In this document: one piece after another, positions 34,356-47,156 of the stretch
Numbering within the stretch: position 1 is the stretch's first letter
Layout: each line of letters starts with the position of its first letter
NCBI RefSeq assembly: GCF_000315625.1
Contig: NW_005434673.1
Coordinates: forward strand, 210,270-274,269
Direction: 5' to 3'
DNA from: Guillardia theta CCMP2712
Lineage: Eukaryota > Protista > Cryptophyta
Length of the DNA: 64,000 bases
Position numbers and translations under genes: made by a program
The notes under the pieces: generated by a model
What the model was told of the DNA's origin: nothing
The model's input: the letters and a program-made list of their open reading frames with translations, nothing else
Database searches by the model: none

Positions 34356-35821
34356 TCAGACTTTTAGCTTTTTTGTTTCTTCTTTTTTTCTATATCCTGC
34401 GTTAGAGGAGGACGGGATAAACACTGCGAGCGACACAGGCTGACTTGGAGCACGAGGAGGGACGCTGACTTGGAGCACGAGGAGGGACGCTGACTTGGAG
34501 CACGAGGAGGGACGCTGACTAGGAGCACGAGGAGGGACGCTGACTTGGAGCTTTCGACGGGCTGGTTCGGATATCGAGCTCTCACTCGCTTCCATCAGCG
34601 TTCTCAAGAATCCGTTGGAAAAACTTGTCAAAGTCGATCCTGCCCTCGTCACCTGCACCCGTGTCAACCGACTGAAGGCTGGCAAACAGGAGCACCATGC
34701 TGATCTTGTGGGTGGTGAGATGTGATCCCGAACCTCTTGAGACCTGGAGGAAAGAGTCAGCTCGACCCACGGGAGGATGCCATCAGGGCTGAACAACCTT
34801 CAAGGACGTCGCTCGGTAGCAAGAAGCCCCTGCAACTGACGTCCATCTCGTGGAAGAGAAGCCATGACATCCCTTGCATAGGGTGACATCTCTTGTGTTG
34901 TTCTGCATCGGAGGAGTTCGAGACATCAGGTTCACTGTTGACAAGTTTCTGCAAGACAAGGGAAGATCGAGAAGAACTCTCAACGAGGTGCCACTGGCCA
35001 TGCTCAGAGGTGAGAGTGCACCGGAAGACTTGGAACCAGCGGAGTAAGCATTGAAGAGCTGCGAGAGAAAGCTTGACACACTCCTTGAGACCTCGACGAA
35101 TCTCATTGCCAAAGTTGAGAATGCGATTGGACTGAGCGAAATCTCTCGACTTGACCTGCCATTCACTCTTTCTCACTTGCTCAGCAACTACATGGCACTG
35201 GTTGACGACTGCGAGCAAGAAGTCCTCGAGTGTTCTATCCATGCTGTCTTTCGCCGACAAGAGATCGAACACCTTGGGTCGAGCATCAAGAGCTGCCTGC
35301 AGAAACTTCGCTTCCACTTGTTCAACGATCCCATTGCCAACGTCTTCCTCTGTCTTCCTTGCAAGTATCTCCATGTTCAGCTGCTGGTGAATCAGGTCCT
35401 GCATGTGATGCTCCTCCTGAACTCTCCTCTCATTCTTTCTTCTAAGATACATTCTTTCTTCGCGTTCCCGCCAGTCGTCGTACACAGGCTCTTCTCGGGT
35501 GCCTTGCTCTGCTTGTCTTGCAAGTTCCTGGGCATGAATTTTGAACTCCTGCCGGTCCAACACAAATCCAATGAAATCATCGTGCACCCTCCCGTCTTCG
35601 TCCACAGTCTTCCGCATGTCTTGCATTTCGTCTCGAGAAGCAACGTGCTTGGCGAGGCTACTCTGCTCTATGCGACGGATCTCATCGTCGTTGGTGTCTA
35701 GACGTGTGACGCCGTCTCCGTCCCGGTCCTCTTCATCTCGGTCTAGCTCTGTCTCGGCGTCCAAAAGCTCTCCTAGGTTGTAGCTCACACTGATCGCCAT
35801 TGCAGATTGAGTCATCGGCAA
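34356..35821 (-). CDS. Hypothetical protein with a C-terminal EF-hand-like motif, multi-exon
   Basis: 354-aa charged ORF followed by the DTGAGDEGRIDFDKFF exon. Confidence 0.6.
34439..34551. repeat. 25-bp tandem repeat x4.5 (GCTGACTTGGAGCACGAGGAGGGAC)
   Basis: Direct reading; one T>A variant. Confidence 0.95.
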
Positions 35822-37009
35822 AACTCATCCGCAGTGCGGTACCGGTTCAAGGTTAGCTGTCAGCATGATGAAGAAGCGGGGGCTTCCTGAGAAAGTCCCA
35901 ACTTCATCTGACCTGCATCATCTTGTCGACATTTCCTCCTCTCGGCTCTTTCCTCCGACCCTCCAGACTTTCCCCTATCTCAGTCCCGCCCTCTCTCCTC
36001 TCCCTTCTCTCTCCCATGATCAACGGCGCTATAGTGAGGTTCCTGACTGATCGCCCGGGTCGGAGCGCGAACGCCGGTCGGAGCCTCCTACCGTACCCGG
36101 CAGGCAAGGGCCTACCGTATGTTCATCTCTTCCCATATTTGAAAATAAAGAGGATAATTTCAAAATTCTTCAAGTTGTGATTGAAATGTGCTATTGGGAT
36201 GAAGACCACCCCACTAAACCTGCTTCCTCAAATCCCTATCGTGACATTCAAACCTGTCTCTGTCACATCAGTTTTAAATTCAAAATTATGTTTAAAATTC
36301 CAAATATTTGAAAATTCCTTCAATGCTGTAGCTTGCATGTGGTAGGTAGTTTGAAACGAGTAGGGGTGTTTCAGAGGTGAAACTATGGGGTGAATATGTA
36401 CGAGGGTAGGGGTAGGTTGTTCAGGGAGAAACTCAAGGTGGGGGTCATCGAAATGGGTTTTCCCCCAGTACTGTCGCTGATCGCCAAACGGGGCAAAGAG
36501 GAGGCGAGGCGGTAGAGGAGGCGAGGAGAGCAAGGAACAAGGGATATAAGGAAGACGTGAGACTGCTTCCACAAGTGCACCCATCGAGAGACAGGAATAC
36601 ATCCTTGATAGGACGGAATACTTTCTTGGGAGGTACCACAGTTGAAGGATTTCATGCACGCAGCATGTGCGACAACAAGTTAGGAAGAGTACAATCCATG
36701 CTGTGAATATATCAGGGACCGAAGTGGAGTCGACTAAGAGGTCAACTTCGTCCTGGTTCAGATAATTTAGTCTCAAACAGACCAAATCCTCGGACAGATA
36801 CTGGATTCGTTTGCAATCGGCACAAACAGCTTCGAACACTCTCTCAAAGGTGAAGCAATCAGAGGCTACATTTATCCTGGTACCAGTTTAACATTGATGC
36901 AGAGGTGTATTCAAGTTCCTAAAGCTATCAGAGCACAAGAAACGGCAGAGGAGCACAAAGCTTTCTGACTGGCATACTCTACTCCAACTTTGAATTCCTC
37001 GCGCACGAA

Positions 37010-38850
37010 ATGGAGCGATTTACAGACTTGCTGCGTGGATCTAACAACGTGAGTAACGAGATGACGATTCCCGTTTCTGTTAAATCTTTGCGAGCAGAGT
37101 CCTAAGTCTTATTCTAATTTGCGAGACAAAGTGAGAAAGAAAGGAGAGGAGTGGAGAAAGAATGTTCAAGAGTGTTGTTTCGGCAAAGCTGATTCGACTT
37201 TCCTATACAGAAGGACAAAGGCTCTGATATGGATGTCGAAATGGGAGAGGTGCGATTACACCTAGGCCCTTCCACGTTAATCTATCATTGAGTGGTTCTT
37301 TGGTTCTTTTCCCTCCACCAGACTTTCTTTCCTTGTTTCGTGAGACCTCTGACCTTACTGTCAGGCCGATCCAAATCAATCGCCCTTCATGCAAGAGTTC
37401 TTTGACAAGGTTCATCAATTAAAGCCCATGAATGTGTTGCATTTGAATCTTGATGCAGATTTCTCAAGTCAAAAGGAACATGGATCAGATACGCAAGAAC
37501 ATGGGTCACATGGAAAAACAGGTTCACTTTGCTAAGCATGTCCGTTTGTTCTTTTGACTTCGGTGTTGTAGCACGGGATGGCCCTTACCTCTGTGTCAAG
37601 TTCAGCCTCCAATAAGAGACAGGTTCGGGGACGTCACGTAGAGTTTGTCTTGGGATAGTTGACTGTTACCTAGGAGGAGCTTGAAGGCCTTATGGATCAA
37701 ACTAGCACTCTGATCACTGCGGTACATCCCCGAGAGCGTCTGATTCAGCTGTTGTTGAGAGTCGTGCAGGTCAAAGTTGCCCTGAAGGACATGGATAAAG
37801 ACAGCAAAGCACATGCTGCAAAGGTGGCCATTGCTGACTTCTATCTACCCTTCTGTGATTATGCCTTCCATGATAGGCGGGGAAGGCTGGTGATGGAGAG
37901 GCAAGAATTCGTCAGAACATGCACAGTGCACTGACCAAGAAGTTTATTTGTGACGATTTGATCTGCTGGAGATGCTAGCTCTCTGACATGGTGTACAGCC
38001 CTAGTCCAAGAGTATCAAGAGATGCAAACGAATTTCAAGGGAAAGTACAAGTACGGACTAGCTGTTGATGCATGGTGCTTCTAGTCATACCTGATGTTCT
38101 GTACAGGGAACGTGTGGGCAGGCAGCTCAAAGTCGTGAGACCTGATGCAACAGATGATGATGTGGAGAGGCTGCTGCAGGTAAGTTTGTCGAGATGCCAA
38201 GGATCTTCTAGGAGGTTGTTCTCATCTTGTCTTTCCAGGATGGAGGTGACAGCAACATTTTCAAACAACAACTGCTACAGGAGCGATCAACTCAGGTTCG
38301 AGCATTCGATTGTTTGATTTCCTTTGGTCCCTCACAAAGGTTACCGCAGGCTGCGAAAAATGCCCTGGCAGACATTCAAGACAAGCACAGAGATATCATT
38401 CGACTGGAGCAGGTGAGATAGTGTGAATATTGCAAATTTGATGGATGATGTTTCAGAGCATTGTTGAGTTGCATCAATTGTTCGTGGACATGGCCGTTTT
38501 GGTGGAAACACAGGTGAGAGTGGAGGTGACGTATACCAAAGTTAAATGAGTTTCACAGGGCGAGATGTTGGATCAGATCGAATATAGTGTGCAACAGGTG
38601 ACTCCGGCCGAAGTTCTATGAATTGCTTTCAACGCTGACAGAATTGCAGGCACATCAATATGTTGATCGCGGTGTGAAGCAACTTGAGAAAGCAAAGGAG
38701 AGCCAGAAGAAATCTCGCAAGGTCTACAACACTCGTCTGGGTTGTCTTCATTTGATCTTATGTGCAGAGAATGTGCTGTTTGCTTTGCTGCTTCATCATC
38801 ATCCTTTTCATTGTTATTGGAGTCGTTTTCGGAGGACTGAAAGGGGCTAA
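37010..38850 (+). CDS. Syntaxin (Qa-SNARE, plasma-membrane STX1/SYP1 type), many short exons
   Basis: Spliced SNARE motif [50 protein letters not shown], C-terminal TM helix, MERFTDLL N-peptide. Confidence 0.95.
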
Positions 38851-39103
38851 AATTGTTTAAAGGAAGTGTATATACATCTCAGTCATAAGTGAAAACAAAA
38901 ATTCATGCGCGAAACTTTTCTTCACGTGTCATACCTCCTACCGTCACTCCGATTACACATGGCCCGGGATCGGCCGGCCGGGCCCGGCCCAGCGCACTGA
39001 CGGGCCGGGCGGGCGCGCGGCTCCGGTGAGGCCGCTGAGCCGGGGAGTCAGGCTGGCCCAGAAGTTAAAACAACACCGGGGAAGACAGCTAGCAGAGTTC
39101 GCC

Positions 39104-41731
39104 ATGGCGGATGGGCGGAAGTCGCCTGAGGCGGTGCCAGCAGGCGAGAATGCGAGCATGAGCGACGCGGCGAAGTGCTGAGCTGCTCCCAGGATAAGCA
39201 AGCACAAGATTCGAGCAGGAGGAAGAACGCAGAAGTTCCAGGAAGCTTAAGGATACCAGAATGGAGGAGCAACTCATGGGATATGTGCGGATGGAAGTGA
39301 CCATAGGAGAAGAGGTAAGTCAGCATGATGGTGCTCGATGTCGCCTCCTCTTTCCTCCTGTCCCCAGTATTGTTCTCGCTCCGCTCTTGCATGAGGAGAG
39401 GGTTGATGAAGGCGCGTGAGATATCAACGACTGTTGATATGAGAACCCACAGTACTTCGAAGTAGAGTAAGAATACAGGAGCGTAGGTTCGTGTAGGTTC
39501 GTTGTCCACATAAGCAGCAAGTGCAGATATCACGGATAGTGTAGACGTTCAGGGCGGAGGGAAGGGTGTTCTGGTAGCAGCACCTGCCTTGTAGTGAGTG
39601 GTTGTTCAACCCAGGACGAAGTTCGACGAGACGTGTTCTTCCTGGGAGAAGACCTGTCCATCAGAGTCTTCGTACACCTGCCACTTGGTCAGAAGTTCCA
39701 GGGAAGGTTCCTCACAGACTGGAAGCACTTCTTCTCCAACCTCGACATTTCCGTCCAGCTCTTCGAGGCTCTAGGCACCGACCAGTCGGCAGAGCTGAGC
39801 GAGAGCTCGGTACGGGAAGACGACGGCGCCTCGGAGAGCTTCATGGACGCGACCGAAATGTTCACGCTGGTCCGGATGGATACATCCGAAGTGGAGAAGG
39901 GGAAGCTGATCGGCTCTCCATCCTTCCTGGGCTCAGGCATCGCCTCCAACACCAACGACGAGGGCGAGGAGACAACAGGGAAGTGGATCGAGTCCAACAA
40001 GGTTGCATATTCACTGAAGTTGCGGCTGTCGCTGGAGAGGGCTCATCTCGAGAGGCGGGTGAGTGTTGACCCTCCTGATTCTATGTCTTGAGCTTTTTAA
40101 CGTCTCCTCCTCCTCCTCCTCCTCCTCCTCCTCCTCCTCCTCCACTTCTTTTCCCTCCTCCTCTCTTCCTCCTCGTCTTCCCTCAGCTGGTCATGAAAGT
40201 CACTGCGTCTCCCCCGACCTTTCCCATGGACGAGGCAAACTTCCTCCTCCCATCCCAGGACCTCTCTCCGAGGTCTGCCATCTCCTCATGCCCCTCCCTC
40301 CGCTCCCTGAAGCTTCTTCAGCTCCCACGAGGCAGCGCGTCTGCTCCACGGCCTCTACTCAAGGAGCAGCACTTCAAGAGGATTCCGTCCGACTTACAAC
40401 GCGGAGTTCTTCATCAAAGTTCAAGACCCGCTCTACGTTGAGACAACCCTCCGAAGCTCTCCCATGTCCCATGACTCGGTATAGCCCGTCCCCTTCATTT
40501 CATTCCACCTTCCTACCTCCGCGCCCCCATGCCCCCCTCCCTGACCCGATCCGAGGGGCCGCTCCCTGCTTCTCTTCTGCTCTTTCTCAACATCTTTCCC
40601 TTGTTTCTCCACCTCCTCCCTGTTTCCTCCTCCGTAATTACCTTCTCTCTGTTTTTCAACTTCCAGCCTTCCTAACCCATGGTCCTCTGTTTCACATTAC
40701 TTTCTCCTTGACGAGATCTATATCTTCTCATTCCAATCCACTTCTATTCCTTCTCCTCCCTCCTCCTCTTACATCGCTCTCACATTTGGGATTCCAGTAT
40801 GTCCTGGCAGTTGTGGTTCAGAATCGTTACCCTCATGACTGGTCACTCGCGATCGACAAGGTGGAACTCTCCTCCCCCGCCTCGAGCCTCACAGGATGGA
40901 ACATTCGCTGGATGGGATGCGAGGAGGAGAACCTGATTCTCCACCGAACGGAGCAGCAGAGCATCGTGTGCTTGCTGGAGCCGTCTTCCACTCAGGTGTC
41001 CACCCTCCCAGAGAGCATGCAGCTTGTGATATGGTGGAGGCTGAGAGGAGGAGGAGGAGGGGAGAGCAAGATGAAGGTGGTTGATCTGCACATGGGAAGC
41101 GTCTCTCGCAGACTGCAAGGACTTGACATGCAGACATCTCGGGATATGAACATAATGTGCAGCATACGAAACAACGACAAGGTACGAACGGCAACATGCA
41201 TGATAGCTTGTCTACAAGTGCTCCTCCTGTCGTCCTTGCCTCCTAATGCACCAGCCGACTGCAACTCAACGACACCTTCCCCTCCTCTACCTGCCTTCAT
41301 GAGATGTTTTTCTTCCCCTCCAGCTCTCCTCTCTGACCACTCAAAATTTTCGCGCCAGGTCGTCGTAGGCTGCAAGTCCTTCTGCGAGTTCAACATCAAG
41401 AACGGGGGGAATGAAACTCTCCATATCCTCCTCTACTTCCCCGACTCTCACCTCCTCTCCTCCCCCGAGGCTGGCAAGCAGGATGGCGCGCTGCGCTGTA
41501 TCACTCGGCTGATCGAGGTGGGAAAAATTCCGCCCAAGAGTGACACCACTGTGAGCGTAGAGGTGAGGACGGAGGAGAGGGAGAGGGGGAAGGAGGGAGG
41601 TGGATGATGTTGATGAGTAGGTGATGGGGTTGAGGGCTGGGATGGCGAGGATGGAAGCTTGTTTCCTGCATGATATGAACTCGAAGCTGTCGGTCGAGGT
41701 CTTCACGCACTGGGCGACGATGGTGACGTGA
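39104..41731 (+). CDS. Putative TRAPP-complex-associated beta-sandwich protein (Trs65/TRAPPC13/14-like)
   Basis: YVLAVVVQNRYP...; FCEFNIKNGGNETLHILL...IEVGKIPPKSDTTVSVE. Family call rests on resemblance only. Confidence 0.45.
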
Positions 41732-41839
41732 AGAGAGGAGAGGGAAGAGTGTGGTGGGTTGTACAGTGAAGCAAGGGACAAGAACATCGAAGTTGGTCGC
41801 TCAGCTTGTTTCTACTTCTCTCTCCACGCCTGCCTGCCC

Positions 41840-43645
41840 CTACTGCTTGCTGATCGCCTCAAGTCTCTTCATCTTCTCCTCCAACCTCTTGCGTATCGAC
41901 TGACGAGAAGCTTTCTTAGCGACGGAGACGGAGACAGACACTTCAGTCCCTTCCTTGACACCTGCAAGGGTGCGTAGGATGACGGAGTCGCTCGCCAAGG
42001 ACACGAGCATCGAGTCCTCCGGAGTCACTTGTACCTCCACCCCGAGGGGATAGAACCACTTCCCACTGGCGAAGATCACAGTTGCATCTCCCTCCACCCC
42101 CGACGAGCTGAAGGTGAGCTGGAAGTTGCCAGTGGAGGGTTCGAAGGAGTAGCTCGAGATGTTCCCTGCTACCTGCTGTGGGTACGTGCGGGCGATCAGC
42201 CGCACCTTGCCCTCCCTAAGGGAGCCGTCGGTCTGGTTGTAGAACCCTTCCTCCACCGTCCCGTCTGGCTCCATCGCTTGCGTCGTAGGATCATGATAGC
42301 TCTTGAACTGCCAGTACGTCCATGACTGTGCATGACGGTCGGTGATTTCTCCGATCTTGTCCGCCATGGCGCTGTCCACGGGCCCGTCGTCGATCATCGC
42401 TCCCCACTCGGTCAAGAAGCCAGCGACTGAGAGCTTCTCCAAGTCACCCTCGATCACGTTTGACAAGTACTTGTCAAAATAGGCGTTGCACAGCTCCGTG
42501 TTGGCCGGCTGCCCATCCCTCGTGTTGTAGAAGCAGTACATGTGGTAGCTGAAGACCTGGCGGTCGTTGTACTCCGCACCCCCTGGCCCGGCCGACAGGC
42601 CCGTCCCCGAGAGGCTCTTGAACGGAGTCTGACTCACTCCCACAGTGGCCTCGAAGAAGAGCAAGTGCCGGTCGTCGACCTCCCGCACGGCCTCGTGCAC
42701 TTTCTGGTAAAACGACTGGAGGTTCTTCTTGTCCGCCTGCCGGATGTCCAGGAACTCGGGATGGAGGAGGATGTCGCCGAGGAAGGGCTCGTTCAGGATC
42801 TCGTACCCGATGACGCTGCTCCTCGTGGCGAACCTGCCGTAACAGCTCAGAGCAGGGGCAAGAGGAGGAGGAGGAGGAGGAGGAGGAGGAGGACAAGGTG
42901 GACTAGGACGAGGTCTTAAGGAGCAGAAGGCATGCGGGTAGGACGTCAAGGGGGAGGCAGACCTCTGGGCTACGACCCTCCAGAAATTGACGAACTCGTC
43001 TTGGATCCCGTCGTAGTTGTCGTAGAAGGCCTGGAACGCCTTGCCGACGGCGTCGGAGAAGTAGTATCGGAAGAAAGCACTTTTGTAGCACTCGGAAGGC
43101 AGAGGATAGCCGGTCTCCGGATCTACCTCGTACTCGTGCCATGCTGTCGGGATGGGAAACTTCTCCGGCCTGACGCCCTCAGAGACATTGGTGTATGGCG
43201 TTGCCCAGTCCGGGAAGCCATTCCCGCAGAACTTCGGGGAGAACAAATCCTGATGCGCGTCCAGGATGGTGTAGATGCCGCTCGTGGCGAGGACGTCGAC
43301 GATCTCTGCGATCTTGTCAAGGTAGGTCTCGTTGACTTGACCACGAGCAGGGAAGACTCCGGGGAGAGCGACGAGGAGGCGAACGACGTTCACTCCCATC
43401 GCCTTCATGTCCTGTACGTCCTTAGCCACCAGAGAGTCCACGGGGTCGAAGTGATCGGTCTGCGGGTGGTAAGGAGGGAGCTTCGAGACGACGTTAACTC
43501 CATGGAAGATGACTTCTGCTCCTTGCTCGTTCACCAGCCTCCGCCTGTCCGGGTCCACACGGACCCACGGCAGACTGCCATGGGCGGTGGGCAGCCACAT
43601 GAGCGCGGCTGTGGCGCAGAGCGCAATCATGAATGTCAGTCGCAT
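41840..43645 (-). CDS. Secreted GH5 endoglycoceramidase-like glycoside hydrolase
   Basis: Signal peptide; FHGVNVV, ILDAHQD, GYEILNEP (acid/base), FLTEWG (nucleophile); one in-frame intron at ~42834-42962. Confidence 0.92.
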   Translation of the reverse strand: MRLTFMIALCATAALMWLPTAHGSLPWVRVDPDRRRLVNEQGAEVIFHGVNVVSKLPPYHPQTDHFDPVDSLVAKDVQDMKAMGVNVVRLLVALPGVFPARGQVNETYLDKIAEIVDVLATSGIYTILDAHQDLFSPKFCGNGFPDWATPYTNVSEGVRPEKFPIPTAWHEYEVDPETGYPLPSECYKSAFFRYYFSDAVGKAFQAFYDNYDGIQDEFVNFWRVVAQRSASPLTSYPHAFCSLRPRPSPPCPPPPPPPPPPLAPALSCYGRFATRSSVIGYEILNEPFLGDILLHPEFLDIRQADKKNLQSFYQKVHEAVREVDDRHLLFFEATVGVSQTPFKSLSGTGLSAGPGGAEYNDRQVFSYHMYCFYNTRDGQPANTELCNAYFDKYLSNVIEGDLEKLSVAGFLTEWGAMIDDGPVDSAMADKIGEITDRHAQSWTYWQFKSYHDPTTQAMEPDGTVEEGFYNQTDGSLREGKVRLIARTYPQQVAGNISSYSFEPSTGNFQLTFSSSGVEGDATVIFASGKWFYPLGVEVQVTPEDSMLVSLASDSVILRTLAGVKEGTEVSVSVSVAKKASRQSIRKRLEEKMKRLEAISKQ

Positions 43646-43880
43646 CGTCCCCTGTTGCAGCGGAGGAGGAGGAGGAGGAGGAGGAGGAGGCGCTCAGGCA
43701 AGCCGACTCATGTTTCTGTTACGAGTAACCTGAAGACAAAGTCAAAACGGTAAAAAAACAAATTCACCTTCTCTTCCCCTCCTCTTCCGCCTCTCCCTCC
43801 GAGTCTATCGTATACTTCTCCTCTCCTCCTCTTTCCTCTTCCTCCCCTTCGTCTTCCTCGTCCCTCCCCCCCCCCCCCCC

Positions 43881-43980
43881 NNNNNNNNNNNNNNNNNNNN
43901 NNNNNNNNNNNNNNNNNNNNNNNNNNNNNNNNNNNNNNNNNNNNNNNNNNNNNNNNNNNNNNNNNNNNNNNNNNNNNNNN
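43881..43980. other. Assembly gap (100 N)
   Basis: Ns after a poly-C run. Confidence 1.
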
Positions 43981-44377
43981 GAGGCAGGACTACAACCTCT
44001 GCAGTGACGGCCGTAGGGAACCGCCAGTATATCCAGTCCTTGCAGGAACGAGCTACTTCTCCTTCGATGACGATGGCTTCCTCCTCCCTCGTCCCTCCTC
44101 CCCCTCCTCCCTTTCCTCCATCAAAAAAGTTTGTTTCGTGTCCTCCGGCTCCAATTTCGCTCCGCCTCAGAGCGGAAATAAGCGCCAATGCCGCAATGGG
44201 CTCGCGACGGGAGGCACCTGAAGGTGAGAGATGGGATGGGCGGGAAGGGACTAGGCGGAGGAGGAAGGAGCGAGGAGGAAGCCATCGTCATCGAAGGAGA
44301 AGTAGCTCGTTCCTGCAAGGACTGGATATACTGGCGGTTCCCTACGGCCGTCACTGCAGAGGTTGTAGTCCTGCCTC
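43981..44377. repeat. Perfect 106-bp inverted repeat (43981-44086 / 44272-44377)
   Basis: Arms are exact reverse complements on manual comparison; ORF track shows the same peptide on both strands. Confidence 0.92.
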
Positions 44378-46191
44378 TACCTCCTGCCAATGACCCTCCC
44401 GCGTTCTCTTCAGCACATGTCCGTGCATGGCAACTGCGAGGCTTCGGTCCGTCTGGAGAGAGGAGAAGCTCGGGTTGGGCTCATGGACGACAGGGTGAAG
44501 CCTGGCGAGTGAGACTGAGGGAACTTGTAGGTGCTGCTGTTGCCTGACGGGTGGGGGACACAGGAACTGGTTTGATCCTCGTCTCAACGATCGGGTGACG
44601 TACATCGACACATACTTCGGCGCCGTCAGAAACGGAGGGAGGAGTCTGGAGGAGGGGAAGAGGTGAGGTCAACAAGGGGGGAAGCCGTTTGATCACGAGG
44701 GGATGGCCCAGGTTCAAGGCAGCCCCCCCGGATATCGTTACGCTCCTGTTGGCCGAGGACTCCCTCTCCTTCAAGATCAACGGTGAACTCTTCCTATACA
44801 CTCTCCCTCCTCTTCCTCCCTCTCCCTCTCCTCTTCCTCCTACTCTCCCTCCTCTCCCTCCCTCCCTCCTCTTCCTCGCTCTCACCCTCCTCCCTCTCTT
44901 CGCCCTCTCCTCCTCGCATGGTTCTCATCCTCCTTCAAGGGAACCAAGTTGCTCAGGTCCCCTTCAAGCCCTCCTCCGCTTTTCGCCTTGCGGTTCAGAT
45001 GTGGGACAAGGACGATGCTGTGAAGCTGATCGGGGGGGACGTCAACTCTCCTTACGCGCTGAAAGAACTCACGGCAATCTCTGCCGCCTCCTCCCCTGCT
45101 CCCAGGGTACGACCGAACCTGCTCAACTTCGATGAGTCTCAAGGAGGAGACTCGACAAGGATGTCCAACGGTAGGTCAGAGCTCTTCCTCCTCCCTTGTG
45201 TGCGGGACTGGCTAGCATGAGCGATGCTAAGTGCTGTGAGTTCAGTAACAAGGCTGCAGGAAGCGGAGGCCCAGGTCATGCTCGTCCGGCAGAGGAAGAG
45301 CGAGGAGGGGAGCAAACAAGTGTCGCTGGGTCCTCAAGAACTCGGCAGGAGGAGGCAGGCGAGTTGCCTGCCTGTCCCTGTGAGCTCTCCTCAACCTCTT
45401 GCGCAGAGCCCACGGAGAGGAACAATGAGTACGACGGCAAAGAAGCTGAAGCAGCGGGTCGACCGCGTGAAGGCAGGGAGGGATCGGACGTCAAAACAGG
45501 GGAGGAGCAGGAGGAGCAAAATGTTCAGCACGTGCGAGTCACGTCGGCACAGGAGCAGGAAGAGGATGGAGAGAATGCGAGGCAACCAACTCCTGCTACT
45601 CCGGAGGCAGCCATGGCCGACACAACGCAACCGGCTGACCCGAGCAATCAGGATGATCACGAGCACGAGAAAGGAGAGGGAGGAGCTGAGAGAGGAGGAG
45701 GAGGAGCAGAGGGGGTTGGAGGAGGGCCAGAAGGGGGAGAGGGAGGGGAAGGCGAGGCGGTGGCAGGAGCAGATGGAGGAGGAGTTGAACAACCTGCGGA
45801 GGAAGAAACTACGGTAGAGTACGGAGACGCGAAGAATTCCGGGGAGGAATCAACAGGAAACAAAACCGAAGAGGTAGAGACACCGGCTGCGTCCGATCCG
45901 AGCGCTGATGCCGCTCAGGAGGAGGCGCAGAAGGAGGAGGAAGCCGTTCCAGAGCCCCCCCTTGCGGATGAGCAGGGAGGAGAAGGAAGCAATCAGGATG
46001 GGCAGGGAGAACAAGAGGCAGCGACAGCAGCAGCACAAGCAGAGGAGGAGCCTGGCAAAGCTGCTGAGGCAGAGGAAAAGGTGGAACCGGATGCAAGTCA
46101 AACCAAGGAGGACGAAGGCAGCAAGGCTGCGGAGGAGGTGCCTTCGCCAGAGGATGCATCAGATAGTCAGGCAGCAGGTGGTCAGGAATAG
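44188..46191 (+). CDS. Hypothetical protein with a possible SPRY-like N-terminal beta domain and long acidic Glu/Ala/Gly tail
   Basis: Exons ...DIVTLLLAEDSLSFKING / NQVAQVPF...AFRLAVQMWDKDDAVKL; 331-aa acidic ORF. Confidence 0.55.
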
Positions 46192-46455
46192 TAGAGCTCC
46201 CAGCATGCTGACCAGGTAGCAGAATAAATCGATTGGGTACATCAGATCAGACAGGCAGGGAGGCATCATGTAAAAAAAGTGCTGGCAGAAAGAAATGTAT
46301 CATTATTGCAACCGAGCAAGCGTTTGAGATCGTTGCGTGCATGCGTCAGTTCGATGGCAAGACAGATTCTTCCGAGCATCCTCCGACGTGCTCCACCCAC
46401 GATGAAAAACAATTGGCGCACAAAAATTGAAAACCAGCAGCTAACGGCAATCGCG

Positions 46456-47156
46456 CTAAATGAATCCAGTCGGTCCGAAGGGAAACACGCCCTTGAGATG
46501 CGTTCCCCTCGTTCCATAGAACTCTTTGGATAGGGTTCCCTTGGATGAAATGATCCCATCATACTGCACACAAACGTTCAGTATGCTCGCTCTCCATGCC
46601 CTGGTCCACCTCACCCGCTCTAGGAAACCTGTGCTTTCGCTGCCAGTCCGAGACCTTCGGTACGAGTACTGCAGTCGACCTCCTTGACCTGCCCTTGGGC
46701 TTGACACCGACGACCTCATCTTGACAGCTCCTTGTCAGAATTTTACATCCTAGCAGGAGGACTGCCTTACAGGATGCTCGATTCGTGTTGAGATGCAAGG
46801 CTTGTCGAAGTCATAGTCGTATCTCCCCATGCTAGTCCGCGCGCGTATCCTATTCCTGTCGGATGTCTTCCTGCTGATCTGACGACCTGACTCGTAGGAC
46901 TGCAATGAGTTAGGGCCGAGATGAGCTTGAACAACATTTCTGTCCTCACCACAGGGCTGAGGAGATCCTTGCTATGAGACGTGATGTGCCTTGTACCACG
47001 GTCACTAGTTGCCTCTTGACTTCTTTTCCTCATCGTCAGCCATTTGTTTCTTGGATGGTCTTGATCCAGCATGTCCCTGACGTCCCTTCCGAGAGTCTCG
47101 TGTGGCTGCACCCTCCTTCCAACCCGAGCATTTGCAAATCTCATTCCTTCTCCCAT
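46456..47156 (-). CDS. Small basic hypothetical protein, multi-exon
   Basis: ORF fragments joined by ~50-nt GT-AG introns, ending ...GVFPFGPTGFI*. Confidence 0.45.

Noticed and set aside
34439-34551. Possible CRISPR-like array
   Set aside because: Contiguous tandem repeats without spacers, eukaryotic context, no cas genes.
36228-36839. 203-aa minus-strand ORF (also 16646-17434 and 30457-31140)
   Set aside because: No domain signal, atypical composition, overlaps intergenic modules; insufficient support.
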